Below are positions 49,109 through 58,882 of a DNA stretch of 64,000 bases, piece after piece; position 1 is the stretch's first letter, and each line of letters opens with the position of its first letter. The stretch covers positions 128,001 through 192,000 of the forward strand of contig CAVUMN010000001.1 in assembly GCA_963742735.1 (NCBI GenBank), in the 5' to 3' direction. A program made the translations under genes and the position numbers. A model generated the notes under the pieces. The model saw only the letters and a list, made by a program, of their open reading frames with translations. It was not told the DNA's origin and did no database searches. This stretch comes from an uncultured Actinomycetes bacterium (GTDB lineage Bacteria > Actinomycetota > UBA4738 > JBBDTT01).

Positions 49109-50484
49109 GCGGCGTCCTCCTCGAGCAGCGCGGCGACCAGGCGCTCGAGGCCCATGACGCGCGACGCCTTCACCAACACGACGTCGCCCGGGCGGACCAG
49201 CTCGCGAAGGGCCGCCAGCGCCTCGTCCACGGTGTCGCACTCGCGAACGTGCCCGGGCTCGACGCCCTCGCGGGTAGCCCCGCGGGCGATCGTCCGGCCG
49301 AGCTCGCCGATCGTGACGAGCTCCTCGATCCCCAGCCGCGCGACCTGCTCTCCGATCCGGTCGTGCTCCTCGATCGCGGCCTCGCCGAGCTCGGCCATCT
49401 CCCCGAGCACCGCGACGCAGCGCCGGTCCCGAGCCATCCACCGCGCCGCCTTCAACGCGGCCGCCATCGAGGTCGGATTCGCGTTGTAGGCGTCGTTCAC
49501 GACCCGGACCCCGTCCGCGCGGTCGCGCACGTCCATGCGCCATCCCGAGACCGTCGCCCCCTTCAGGGCGGACGCGCACTCGGCCACCGTGACCCCCAGC
49601 GCGATCCCCGCGCCGGCCGCGGCGAGGGCGTTCGGGACCATGTGCTCCCCCGGGACCGCGAGCTCGACGCGCCCCTCCTCGTCCCGCCAGGCCAGGGTGA
49701 AGGCGGCGCGGGCGTCGGCGTCCAGCGCCACGTCGCGCGCGACCACGTCCGCCTCGTCCGAGGTCCCGTACAGCATCACGCGCGCCGAGGTGTGCTCCCC
49801 GAACCGCGACACGACCGGGTCGTCGGCGTTCAGGACCGCGAACCCGTTCTCGGGGAGGGACTGGACCAGCTCGGCCTTGGCGCGGGCCACCGTCTCGAGC
49901 GACCGGAACATCTCCAGGTGCGCCGGACCGACGTTCGTGACGACCCCCACCGTGGGACGCGCGGCACGGCACAGCATGGCGACGTGGCCGATCCCACGGC
50001 TGCCCATCTCCAGGACGAGGGTCTCCGTCCCATCGGGCGCGTTGAGGATCGTCAGCGGCACGCCGACCTCGGTGTTGAAGGAGCGCGGACTCGAGTGGAC
50101 CCGGAAACGCGATGCCACGACGGCCGCGGTGAGGTCCTTCGTCGTCGTCTTCCCGGTCGAGCCGGTGATGCCCACCACCGGGCCCGGGAACGCGGCCCGT
50201 TCCGCGGCGGCCAGCGCCAGCAGGGCCTCGCCCACGTCGGCCACGCGGACGACGGGCCCGGCCCACCCCTCGCCCCGCGAGATCATCGCGGCCGCGGCGC
50301 CCGCCTCGAACGAGGCCTCGACGAAGCCGTGTCCGTCGTGGTGCTCACCGGGCAGGGCCACGAACAACGCCCCGGCGAGATCCGCCCGACTGTCCGTGAC
50401 CACGCGCGTCATGGACTCGACGTTCGCGCCGTCCACCCGGCCGCCGACGGCCCGGGCGATCTCCTCGAGCGAACGAGGCCTCAC
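49105..50484 (-). CDS. murF: UDP-MurNAc-tripeptide-D-Ala-D-Ala ligase
   Basis: DSR, DGH, ITGSTGKTTTK, NTEVGVP, NDAYNANP, LGEMAELG, VKASR. Confidence 0.97.
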   Translation of the reverse strand: MRPRSLEEIARAVGGRVDGANVESMTRVVTDSRADLAGALFVALPGEHHDGHGFVEASFEAGAAAAMISRGEGWAGPVVRVADVGEALLALAAAERAAFPGPVVGITGSTGKTTTKDLTAAVVASRFRVHSSPRSFNTEVGVPLTILNAPDGTETLVLEMGSRGIGHVAMLCRAARPTVGVVTNVGPAHLEMFRSLETVARAKAELVQSLPENGFAVLNADDPVVSRFGEHTSARVMLYGTSDEADVVARDVALDADARAAFTLAWRDEEGRVELAVPGEHMVPNALAAAGAGIALGVTVAECASALKGATVSGWRMDVRDRADGVRVVNDAYNANPTSMAAALKAARWMARDRRCVAVLGEMAELGEAAIEEHDRIGEQVARLGIEELVTIGELGRTIARGATREGVEPGHVRECDTVDEALAALRELVRPGDVVLVKASRVMGLERLVAALLEEDAA

Positions 50485-51947
50485 CGCGATCCCTCCAGCG
50501 CCTCGAGCTCCTCGCGCGCGACGACGCGGTCGTCGAACGGGAGCGTGCGGTCCGCGAACTCCTGGCCGGACTCGTGGCCCTTGCCGGCGATGACGACCAC
50601 GTCGCCGGCCGCGGCCCGCGAGAACGCCAGCCGGATCGCCTCCCGACGGTCGGGCTCGACGACGTACTCCCCACCGCCCCGCGCCGCCCCCGGCTCGATC
50701 TCGGCGATGATCGCCAGCGGATCCTCCGAACGCGGGTTGTCGCTGGTGATGACCGCGAGGTCCGCCCCGCGCGTGGCGGCCTCCCCCATCAGGGGCCGCT
50801 TGCCGCGGTCCCGGTCCCCGCCGCAGCCCAGCACGACGATGAGCCGCCCGGCGGCGAGCGGGCGCGCCGCGGCCAGCACGTTCTCCACGGAGTCCGGCGT
50901 GTGCGCGTAGTCCACGAGCACCAGGAAATCCTGCCCGGCCTCGACCGGCTCGATGCGTCCCGGCACCCCGGAGAGCTCCGCGATGCCACGGACGATCGCG
51001 TCGTCCGGGAGGCCCACCTGGCGGGCGGTCGCCATCGCGGCGAGCGCGTTGTAGACGCTGAAGCGGCCTCGGAGGCTCGAGACGACGTCCAGGCCGTCGG
51101 CGCGGAACGCCACGCCCTCGGCGCTCACCCGCACCCGCTCGGCCCGGAGGTCCGCGTCCTCGGCGTCGATCCCGAAGGTGAGGGTGTCGAGCTCCGGCCG
51201 TACCAGCGTGCGTCCCGCGGGGTCGTCGACGTTCACGGCCGCCCGGTCGGCGAGCCCGGAGGTGAAGAGCCGGGCCTTGGCCGCCAGGTAGGCCTCGAGC
51301 GAGCCGTGGTAGTCCAGGTGATCCTGGGAGAGGTTGGTGAAGGCCGCGCACGCGAACCGGGCGCCGCCCACACGGTGCTGCTCGAGCCCGTGGGAGGAGA
51401 CCTCCATGGCCACGGCCCGGACCCCTGCGTCGGCCATCCGCCGCAGCAGCCGGTGCAGGTCCGGCGCCTCCGGGGTGGTGCGATCCTGCGGGATCGGGGT
51501 CCCGTCGAGCCGGACGCCCGTCGTCCCGATGACGCCGGGGGCGAGCCCCGCCTCCCTGAAGATCGACTCGAGCAGGTACGTCGTCGTCGTCTTCCCGTTC
51601 GTCCCGGTCACCCCCACCAGCGTGAGCTCGCGGTCGGGGTGGGCGAACAGCTCCGCGGCGATGGGGCCCATCGCGGCCCGCACCGACTCCACGACCACGC
51701 GCGCGAGCGGAGCGTCCACCTCGCGTTCGACCAGACACGCCGCCGCGCCGTTGGCGGCCGCCTCCCCGACGTAGTCGTGGCCGTCGGCCCGCGTTCCGGG
51801 TACCGCACAGAACAGCGCGCCGGGCGAGACGTCCGAGGTGCGGTACGCGACGTCGGTGATCTCCGGGTCGGCATCGTCCGTCCGCGCGACGCCGGCGAGC
51901 GGCGCCACGAGTTCGGAGAGCCGGCGAGGGTGGGGGGAGCCGAGCAT
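50481..51947 (-). CDS. murE: UDP-MurNAc-dipeptide-diaminopimelate ligase (alternative start at 52007)
   Basis: TGTNGKTT, TTPEA, MEVSSH, DHLDYH, DYAHTP, DNPR (DAP-type), AGKGHE. Confidence 0.96.
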   Translation of the reverse strand: MLGSPHPRRLSELVAPLAGVARTDDADPEITDVAYRTSDVSPGALFCAVPGTRADGHDYVGEAAANGAAACLVEREVDAPLARVVVESVRAAMGPIAAELFAHPDRELTLVGVTGTNGKTTTTYLLESIFREAGLAPGVIGTTGVRLDGTPIPQDRTTPEAPDLHRLLRRMADAGVRAVAMEVSSHGLEQHRVGGARFACAAFTNLSQDHLDYHGSLEAYLAAKARLFTSGLADRAAVNVDDPAGRTLVRPELDTLTFGIDAEDADLRAERVRVSAEGVAFRADGLDVVSSLRGRFSVYNALAAMATARQVGLPDDAIVRGIAELSGVPGRIEPVEAGQDFLVLVDYAHTPDSVENVLAAARPLAAGRLIVVLGCGGDRDRGKRPLMGEAATRGADLAVITSDNPRSEDPLAIIAEIEPGAARGGGEYVVEPDRREAIRLAFSRAAAGDVVVIAGKGHESGQEFADRTLPFDDRVVAREELEALEGSR

Positions 51948-52017
51948 CGGTGTGGTGGAGGCGGGCGCGCGCCCGGGGACTTCACCGGAAGCGCGTGAGT
52001 CTAGCATCGGGGCCGCC

Positions 52018-53733
52018 TCAATCCGCCGGCTTCACGTGGGGTGGGGTGGCGGGCGCCTCGGCCGCCGGAACGCGAAGACGGGCCAGCGCGAAGTGGGCCA
52101 CCTCGCGGAACAGCGGCGCGGATGCGACGCCGCCGTACACGGTGGTCGGCTCGTCGATGATCGCCGCGATGACCAGGCTCGGCCGCGAGGCCGGCAGGAA
52201 CCCGATGAACGACGCCACGTACTTGTCGCTGTAGCCGCGGGCGTCCGCGAGGGGCTTGCGGGCGGTCCCGGTCTTGCCGGCCACCCAGTATCCGTCGATG
52301 TTGGCCTCGGTCCCGGTCCCGACCTGGACGGCGTACGCCAGCATCTCGGTGACCCGGGCGGCCGTCTCGACGCTGACCACCCGGTGCCGCTGCGGCGGGT
52401 CGGCCGCGTGGAACGTTCCGGCCTGATCGATCCGTCCGCGCACCAGGCGCGGCTGGACCCATTCGCCGCCGTTGGCAATCGTGGCGTAGACGCAGGCCAT
52501 CTGCAGGGGCGTGACCGCGACCCCCTGGCCGATCGGGATGCTTCCCATGCCGGTCGACCACCACTCGTCCTGGTCGGGGACGATGCCGGGGGCCTCGCCG
52601 GGAAACTCGATGCCGGTCTTGCGTCCGTAGCCGAATCGCGCCAGGTACGAAGCCAAACGGGGCTGCCCGAGCTTGGCCGCCGTCTGGATGGTTCCCACGT
52701 TGCTCGAGAACGCGATGATGTCGGCGAGGGTCATCTGCTCAACCGGGTGCGGGTGGGAGTCGTGGAACGCGTGCCCGCCGAGGATGTGCGTATCCGGGAT
52801 CGGCCACGACTCGGTGAGCGGGAAGAGCCGCTCCTCCACCGCGGCGGAGGCGGTGATGACCTTGTTCACCGACCCGGGCTCGAACACGTCGGTGATCGCC
52901 TTCGCCCGCGTGGTCTCGGGACGGGTGCCGTCGTAGGTGTTCGGGTCGAACCACGGGTAGTCGGCCAGGGCGAGGATCTCCCCGGTGGAGGGCTCCATCA
53001 CCAGCACGGCCCCGCCCTTGGCTCCGTTGCGCTTCACGGCCTCGGCGAGCGCGCGCTGGGCGACGAACTGCAGCTCCTTGTCGATGGTGAGGACGAGGTC
53101 CTCGCCCGGGACCGGCGGCGTCGACGCCCGTCCGGCCTGCGGGATCCACCGGCCGTCGGGGTCCTGCTCGCGGATGACCTCGCCGGGCCGCCCGGCCAGG
53201 GCCGCCTGGTGCTGGAGCTCGACGCCGGCCAGGCCCTGCCCGTCGACCCCCACGAACCCCACGACCTGCGGGGCCATGATGCCGGCCGGGTAGTAACGGC
53301 GGCTCTCGTCCAGGAACCCGATCCCGCGCAGCTTCAGGGCTCGGATCCGCCCGGCCACGTCGTCGTCCAGCCCGCGGGCCAGGTACACGAACCGGCTGTC
53401 CTCGCGCAACCGGGCCTCGATGACCCCGGCCTTCAGCTTCAGCGGGCCGGCGAGGGCGCGGGCGGTGTGCGCGGGCTCCTGGATGAACGACGGGTCCGCG
53501 AACACGGCCGTGGCCGGCAGCGACATGGCGAGCTCCTCGCCGCCGCGGTCGAAGATGGCGCCCCGCGGAGCGGGAAGCTCGATCGAGCGAACGCGCTGGT
53601 CCCGCGCCAGTGCCTGGTACGCGCTCGCGTCCTTGACCTGGAGCACGACGAGCCGAACCGCGATCCCGGTGAGGCCCAGGCAGAGCACCGCGAGCAGCGC
53701 GACGAGCCGTCGCGCCGTACCCCGCGAGCTCAC
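52018..53733 (-). CDS. ftsI: Class B penicillin-binding protein FtsI/PBP3
   Basis: RGAIFDRGG, EPGSVNK (SxxK), SSN, KTGT. Confidence 0.96.
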   Translation of the reverse strand: MSSRGTARRLVALLAVLCLGLTGIAVRLVVLQVKDASAYQALARDQRVRSIELPAPRGAIFDRGGEELAMSLPATAVFADPSFIQEPAHTARALAGPLKLKAGVIEARLREDSRFVYLARGLDDDVAGRIRALKLRGIGFLDESRRYYPAGIMAPQVVGFVGVDGQGLAGVELQHQAALAGRPGEVIREQDPDGRWIPQAGRASTPPVPGEDLVLTIDKELQFVAQRALAEAVKRNGAKGGAVLVMEPSTGEILALADYPWFDPNTYDGTRPETTRAKAITDVFEPGSVNKVITASAAVEERLFPLTESWPIPDTHILGGHAFHDSHPHPVEQMTLADIIAFSSNVGTIQTAAKLGQPRLASYLARFGYGRKTGIEFPGEAPGIVPDQDEWWSTGMGSIPIGQGVAVTPLQMACVYATIANGGEWVQPRLVRGRIDQAGTFHAADPPQRHRVVSVETAARVTEMLAYAVQVGTGTEANIDGYWVAGKTGTARKPLADARGYSDKYVASFIGFLPASRPSLVIAAIIDEPTTVYGGVASAPLFREVAHFALARLRVPAAEAPATPPHVKPAD

Positions 53734-54224
53734 GGCCCGTCCCCGAGCGCGCCCTGCTCGTCCGGCGCGCTCGGCGCCGGCGCCTTCCCCGCGCCGCTCC
53801 CCGGACCACTCACCCCCTCGACGAGGGAGACCTTGACCAGGTGGATCTCATCCGGAAGCACGAGGCCCTGTTCGCGCGCCGCGTCGTGCAGACGCTTCGG
53901 CGAGCGAAGCTCCGCCACGGTGAGCTTCAGCTGCCCCCGCGCTCGCTCGAGTGCGTCGATCCGCGCGTTCAGCTCCTCGGTGCGAAACGAGCTCTCGGCT
54001 ACCAGGGCCTGCGCGCTGACCAGGGCGACGACCAACGCGCCGACGATGAGCCCGGAGAACAACAGGAACGGTGTCCGTCGACGGGCTCGGGCGTTCGCGC
54101 GGCGCGCCCCGGTCCGGGGGGAGGGGGCCGGGACGGCGCGCGGACGTGGTCTGGGCCGGTCGAGGGGCTCGCGCAGCGGCGCCGGCCCCATCGGAACGTG
54201 CAGCATCTTCGGGGCGGTGCTCAC
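53730..54224 (-). CDS. ftsL: Cell division protein FtsL-like
   Basis: Basic N-terminus, one TM, leucine zipper ending SPKRL..AA...GL; located between rsmH and ftsI. Confidence 0.8.
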   Translation of the reverse strand: MSTAPKMLHVPMGPAPLREPLDRPRPRPRAVPAPSPRTGARRANARARRRTPFLLFSGLIVGALVVALVSAQALVAESSFRTEELNARIDALERARGQLKLTVAELRSPKRLHDAAREQGLVLPDEIHLVKVSLVEGVSGPGSGAGKAPAPSAPDEQGALGDGP

Positions 54225-55120
54225 GCGGCGTTCCCTCCCCCGCCGGGCGGGTACAGGCCCTCGTCGAGCAGCTTCTCGGCGGCGCGCAGCCGCGCGCTGC
54301 GGGCCCGGGGGTTCACCGCCACCTCCTCCTCGGAGGGACGCAGGGGCTTGCGGGTGAGCACCTTCAGGTCCGGCCGCTCGGCCACGAACCGCTTCACGAT
54401 CCGGTCCTCCAGCGAGTGGTAGGAGATCGCCACCACGCGGCCGTGCGGAGCGAGGAGGCTCGCCACCTGGGGAAGGGAGGTGGCGAGCTCCTCGAGCTCC
54501 GCGTTCACGGCGATCCGCAGCGCCTGGAAGGTGCGCCTGGCGGGGTGCGCCCCCTTGCGCTGCTTCGGGACCGCCGCAGCCACGATCGCGGCGAGCTCGC
54601 TGGTCGTCGCGATCGGGCGCCTGCGGACGATGGCCCGGGCGATGCGCCCGGAGAACCGCTCCTCCCCGTACTCGCGGAGGATGCGGACCAGATCCTGCTC
54701 GGAGGCGGTGTTCACGAGCTCGGCGGCGGACGGCCCGTCCTCGTCCATCCGCATGTCGAGCGGCCCCTCCGTCCGGTAGGCGAAGCCGCGGGCGGGGTCG
54801 TCGAGGTGCCGAGAGGACACCCCGAGGTCGTAGAGGGCTCCGTCGACCTGGTCCACGCCGGCCTCGGCCGCCGCCTCCAGGACCTGGGAGAAGCGGGCCT
54901 GCTGCGCGCGGAACCGCTCGCCGAAGGGAGCCAGGCGGACCGTGGCCTCCCCGACGGCCTCCGGGTCGCGGTCGATCCCGATCACCAGACCGGCCCCCGC
55001 CCGGAGGAGCGCCTCCGCGTGGCCTCCGGCGCCGAGCGTGCAGTCGACGATGGTCTCGCGGCCGTGCAGAAGCTCCACGACCGCATCCAGGAGGACCGGA
55101 CGGTGACTCGGCGCACCCAC
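54221..55120 (-). CDS. rsmH: 16S rRNA m4C1402 methyltransferase
   Basis: HRPVL, DCTLGAGGH, DLGVSS, LDMRMD, FQALRIAVN, SYHSLEDR, NPRARSARLR. Confidence 0.97.
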   Translation of the reverse strand: MGAPSHRPVLLDAVVELLHGRETIVDCTLGAGGHAEALLRAGAGLVIGIDRDPEAVGEATVRLAPFGERFRAQQARFSQVLEAAAEAGVDQVDGALYDLGVSSRHLDDPARGFAYRTEGPLDMRMDEDGPSAAELVNTASEQDLVRILREYGEERFSGRIARAIVRRRPIATTSELAAIVAAAVPKQRKGAHPARRTFQALRIAVNAELEELATSLPQVASLLAPHGRVVAISYHSLEDRIVKRFVAERPDLKVLTRKPLRPSEEEVAVNPRARSARLRAAEKLLDEGLYPPGGGGNAA

Positions 55121-55139
55121 GGCCTCGGGACGCTCCGCC

Positions 55140-55256
55140 TCACGCCAGCGCCCACGCGACGAACAGGCCCAGGCCGAGATAGGCGCCGATCATGCCGCCG
55201 AGCAGGAACATCAGGTAGAAGGACTGTCCAACCTCACGCACGAGTGGTCCTTTCAT
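55140..55256 (-). CDS. 38-aa single-TM small protein between mraZ and rsmH
   Basis: MKGPLVREVGQSFYLMFLLGGMIGAYLGLGLFVAWALA; SD GAGGAG 8 nt upstream; fills the mraZ-rsmH gap without overlap. Confidence 0.65.
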   Translation of the reverse strand: MKGPLVREVGQSFYLMFLLGGMIGAYLGLGLFVAWALA

Positions 55257-55270
55257 CGGGGCGTCTCCTC

Positions 55271-55702
55271 TCAGGCAGGCGGCGGGGCGAGCGTGCCGCT
55301 GATGTACTGGGCTTCGTAGGCGGCCAGGTAGCGTTCCCAGGCGTCCGGGGACCAGATGTCCAGGCGGGCGCCGGCGCCGGTCACCACGACCTCGCGCGCC
55401 AGACCCGCCTTCTGGCGAAGCTTCTGGGGGATGACGAGCCGGCCCTGACCGTCCAACTCGATCCGGTCCGCGTAGGCCATGAACACCCGCGCGTAGGCGC
55501 GAGCCTGCGGATCGGTCAGACCTCGGAGCTCGACCTCCTCGCGGCGGCGGTCCCACTCCTCCTTGGGGAACCCGAACAGGCACCCCTCCTGGCCCAGGGT
55601 GAGGTAGAGGCCCTCATCGAACGCGTCCCGGAACTTCGCGGGCAGCGAGATGCGCCCCTTGGGGTCCAGCTGATACCGGTGCTCGCCCAGAAGCTCGGGC
55701 AC
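55271..55702 (-). CDS. mraZ: Division/cell wall cluster transcriptional repressor MraZ
   Basis: Two DxxGR motifs (LDPKGRISLP, LDGQGRLVIP), IW...W. Confidence 0.96.
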   Translation of the reverse strand: MPELLGEHRYQLDPKGRISLPAKFRDAFDEGLYLTLGQEGCLFGFPKEEWDRRREEVELRGLTDPQARAYARVFMAYADRIELDGQGRLVIPQKLRQKAGLAREVVVTGAGARLDIWSPDAWERYLAAYEAQYISGTLAPPPA

Positions 55703-55710
55703 CCGGACTC

Positions 55711-55756
55711 CCCCTCTCCTCCACTTAGGGCCACCTTTATGCCACCCACACTCCAC
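55711..55756 (-). promoter_or_regulatory. MraZ-binding direct repeats (GTGG-N6/7)
   Basis: CCAC on the + strand at 55721, 55731, 55742 and 55753 (10-11 bp period) plus CCCC at 55711, directly upstream of mraZ. Confidence 0.75.
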
Positions 55757-55831
55757 CCCGTCAACGACTTGAGACAAATTCCGTGCATGTAAGTTAACTG
55801 GTGTGACTGCTGTGACGGAGCCCGGGAGGGA

Positions 55832-56323
55832 CTAGGCCGAGGTGCGGAGGTAGGCCTCCCACTCGGGCTCGAGGCGCCCGAGAGACAGGATCAGGCCGTC
55901 GCGGGGCGCCCGGGGCTGGGTGCGCAGGCGCAGCCCCACCTCGTGGGCCATGCGGTTCTCCTTGCGCTGGTTGCACCGCCGGCAGGACGCGACGACGTTC
56001 TCCCACGCGTGCTCTCCGCCCTTGGACTTGGGGACCACGTGGTCGACGTTCTCCGCCGCCTTTCCGCAGTACTGGCACGCCCAGTCGTCGCGGGCGAACA
56101 CGGCCCGGCGGGTGAGCGCGGTCCGCGCGCGCGGCGGGACGCGGACGAAGGAGCGGAGCTTGAGCACCGAGGGAGCCGGGATCTCGATGCGCTCGGAGTG
56201 GAAGACGATCCCGTTCGACTCGAGGACGACCGCCTTCTCCTTGAGGATGAGGACGACGGCGCGCCGCGCGGGCACGACCCCGAGGGGCTCGTACGTCGCG
56301 TTCAACACCAGCGATCTACCCAT
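55832..56323 (-). CDS. HNH endonuclease (McrA-like, LVLNA.YEP family)
   Basis: SLVLNATYEPL, PSVLKL, RDDWACQYCG, DHVVPKSKGG, WENVVASCRRCNQRK; -10 TACAAT upstream. Confidence 0.92.
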   Translation of the reverse strand: MGRSLVLNATYEPLGVVPARRAVVLILKEKAVVLESNGIVFHSERIEIPAPSVLKLRSFVRVPPRARTALTRRAVFARDDWACQYCGKAAENVDHVVPKSKGGEHAWENVVASCRRCNQRKENRMAHEVGLRLRTQPRAPRDGLILSLGRLEPEWEAYLRTSA

Positions 56324-56514
56324 CTGCCTGAGCGGATTGTAACGGAGGACTCCCAGAGAACCGCGCGAACGGCACGACATCAGGGAAGCTGTGGGGAGAA
56401 CGGCGCAGTCGCCTCACCCTTCATACCTCGAGACGCCCCGCGCGGCCCCTGGTCCTAACGGGCGTCCTTCATTCTTCAGGTGACGACACTTTGATGGCGC
56501 CGTCCCCCCCACCG

Positions 56515-56532
56515 AATTACAGACGTGTTACT
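56515..56532. promoter_or_regulatory. McdR-type operator (AATnACA-N4-TGTnATT)
   Basis: AATTACA-GACG-TGTTACT, one mismatch, in the HNH/moxR divergent region. Confidence 0.55.
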
Positions 56533-56666
56533 CCTCCGGTTCAAGCACATCCGTGGAACCCTTGAGCGGAACAATCCGTCCAATCCGCGACCCGATAATC
56601 CGCGTACTCCGGCAGTAGACTCGGTTCGTTCGAGGAACCGGTCCCGGTGCGTCCGCAGGAGGCAGA

Positions 56667-57641
56667 GTGGCCACGCGCAAGAAGGCGATGGACTGGTCGG
56701 AGCTGGCCAGCCGGTTCCGCGGGATCCACACCAACGTCGAGCACGTCGTCCAGGGCAAGTCCCGGGAGGTGTGGCTGGCGCTGGTGGCCCTCCTGGCCGA
56801 AGGACACCTGCTCATCGAGGACGTCCCCGGCGTGGGCAAGACCATGCTGGCCAAGGCCATGGCCCGCTCGATCGACTGCTCGTTCCGGCGTATCCAGTTC
56901 ACGCCTGACCTCCTGCCGACCGACGTGACCGGCGTGAACGTCTTCAACCAGGAGCGCGGGGACTTCGAGTTCAAGCCCGGCGCCGTGTTCGCGAACATCG
57001 TCCTCGGCGACGAGATCAACCGCGCCAGCCCAAAGACGCAGTCGGCGCTGCTCGAGTCCATGGAGGAGCGGCAGGTCACGGTGGACGCGGTCACCTACCA
57101 GCTGGGGGCGCCGTTCATGGTCATCGCCACCCAGAACCCCATCGAGCACGAGGGCACCTATCCCCTGCCCGAGGCCCAGCTGGATCGGTTCCTGATGCGG
57201 CTGTCCATCGGCTACCCCGGCCCCGAGGCCGAGGCCGGCATCCTGGCCACGCACGGCATCTCCTCGAGCCTGGAGGACATCGGGCCCGTCACCGACGCGC
57301 TGGGGATCGCGGAGATGGTCGAGGCCACCCGTCAGGTCCACGTGGCCGACGCCCTCCAGCGCTATATCGTGGAGATCGCGTCGGCCACCCGGACCCACCC
57401 GGACATCTACCTCGGCGCGAGCCCGCGAGCCTCGATCATGATGCTTCGGGCGGCTCGCGCCATGGCGGCGAGCAACGGCCGCGACTACGTCATCCCCGAC
57501 GACGTGAAGACGCTGGCCGTGCCCGTGCTGGCCCACCGCGTGATCGCCGCGGCCGACGCGGCGATGGCCGGACGCAGCACCGAGGCCATCCTCACCGAGC
57601 TCCTCCAGGAAGTCCGCGTTCCGGTCAAAGACGAGGCCTGA
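56667..57641 (+). CDS. moxR: MoxR-family AAA+ ATPase
   Basis: EDVPGVGKT, RIQFTPDLLP, DEINRASPKTQSALLE, ATQNPIE, LPEAQLDRF. Confidence 0.95.
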   Translation: MATRKKAMDWSELASRFRGIHTNVEHVVQGKSREVWLALVALLAEGHLLIEDVPGVGKTMLAKAMARSIDCSFRRIQFTPDLLPTDVTGVNVFNQERGDFEFKPGAVFANIVLGDEINRASPKTQSALLESMEERQVTVDAVTYQLGAPFMVIATQNPIEHEGTYPLPEAQLDRFLMRLSIGYPGPEAEAGILATHGISSSLEDIGPVTDALGIAEMVEATRQVHVADALQRYIVEIASATRTHPDIYLGASPRASIMMLRAARAMAASNGRDYVIPDDVKTLAVPVLAHRVIAAADAAMAGRSTEAILTELLQEVRVPVKDEA

Positions 57642-57643
57642 GG

Positions 57644-58882
57644 TTGCTCACCCCCCGGGGCTGGGCGGTCCTCGCGGGCGGGGTCGTCCTCTACGTGGCC
57701 AGCCGGATCATCGGCTCGCCGAACCTGCACATCGCCGCGGTCGGCATCGCCGCGCTTCCCCTGTTCGCGGGGCTGGTCCTGCGGTTCACGCGGGCTCCCC
57801 TGGCCATCCGCCGCACCCCGGCCGCCGATCACGCCTACCCTGGCAGCCGGATCCGGGTTGACGTCCGGGTCCTGAACCTGGCGCGGCGGACCTCGCCGCT
57901 GATCCTGCTCGAGGACCAGGTCCCGTCCACCTTCGGCCGCTCGGCCCGCGCGGTCCTGCCGGGGATCCCCGGCGAGCAGGAGCAGACCGTGGCCTACCTC
58001 ATCACCTGCCGGCGGCGGGGCCGCTACCAGCTCGGGCCGGCCCGGCTGCAGTTCACCGACCCGTTCGGCCTGACGAAGATCCTCACCACCATCCCCGACA
58101 CCGACGAGCTCATCGTCTACCCCGAGGTCGAGGACCTCTCCGCCCAGCCGGTGGCGGCGTTCGGGGCCGGGAGCGGTGAGTCCCCGTACAACCGCATCTT
58201 CCGGGGCGGTCAGGAGTTCTACGGGATGCGCGAGTACATGACCGGCGACGACCTTCGCCGGATCCACTGGCCCTCGACCGCGCGGACCGGCCATCTCATG
58301 ATCCGCCAGGAGGAGGTCGCCCGCCGCTCCGTCGTGACGATCCTGCTCGACTCCCGGCTCGCCGCCCTCGGGAAGGAGGGCTCCCCCGCGTTCGAGCGCG
58401 CCGTTTCCGCCGCGGCCTCGGTCGGTTCGCTCCTGGCCGGCCGCGGGTTCACCGTCCGTCTGGCCACCTCCGAGGCGCCGCCGACGACCTTCACCGAGGA
58501 GGGCTTCATGGAGCAGCTCGCCTCGATCAAGGCCGGGCGAAGCCAGTCCCTGGGCCCCGCGCTCCTGCAGCTCAAGGGGAAGGCGGTGGCCGACTCGACC
58601 CTGGTGGTCGTCACGGCGCCGCCCAACGGGGCCGAGGCCACCGCCCTGATCCGAGCGGCGGCGGGCTACGGCCCGAAGATGGCGGTGCTGGTGTACCCGA
58701 CGGATCCCCGGTCCCTCCCCGCCCGCGAGGCGGGCGAGCTCGAGGGCCGGGCGTCCGCGGCGCATTCGTCCCTGGCCCGGGTGGGCTGGGACGTCTTCCT
58801 GATCGCTCCCGAACAGAAACTAGCGGAGGTATGGCGCAGCCGGACGATGCCACTCAGACGCGCGGCCGGGTCCCGCTCCTAG
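57644..58882 (+). CDS. DUF58 (VWA-like) protein
   Basis: LTPRG, RRGRY.LGP...DPFGL, REY..GDDLRRIHW.STAR, FERAVSAAAS. Confidence 0.9.
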   Translation: MLTPRGWAVLAGGVVLYVASRIIGSPNLHIAAVGIAALPLFAGLVLRFTRAPLAIRRTPAADHAYPGSRIRVDVRVLNLARRTSPLILLEDQVPSTFGRSARAVLPGIPGEQEQTVAYLITCRRRGRYQLGPARLQFTDPFGLTKILTTIPDTDELIVYPEVEDLSAQPVAAFGAGSGESPYNRIFRGGQEFYGMREYMTGDDLRRIHWPSTARTGHLMIRQEEVARRSVVTILLDSRLAALGKEGSPAFERAVSAAASVGSLLAGRGFTVRLATSEAPPTTFTEEGFMEQLASIKAGRSQSLGPALLQLKGKAVADSTLVVVTAPPNGAEATALIRAAAGYGPKMAVLVYPTDPRSLPAREAGELEGRASAAHSSLARVGWDVFLIAPEQKLAEVWRSRTMPLRRAAGSRS

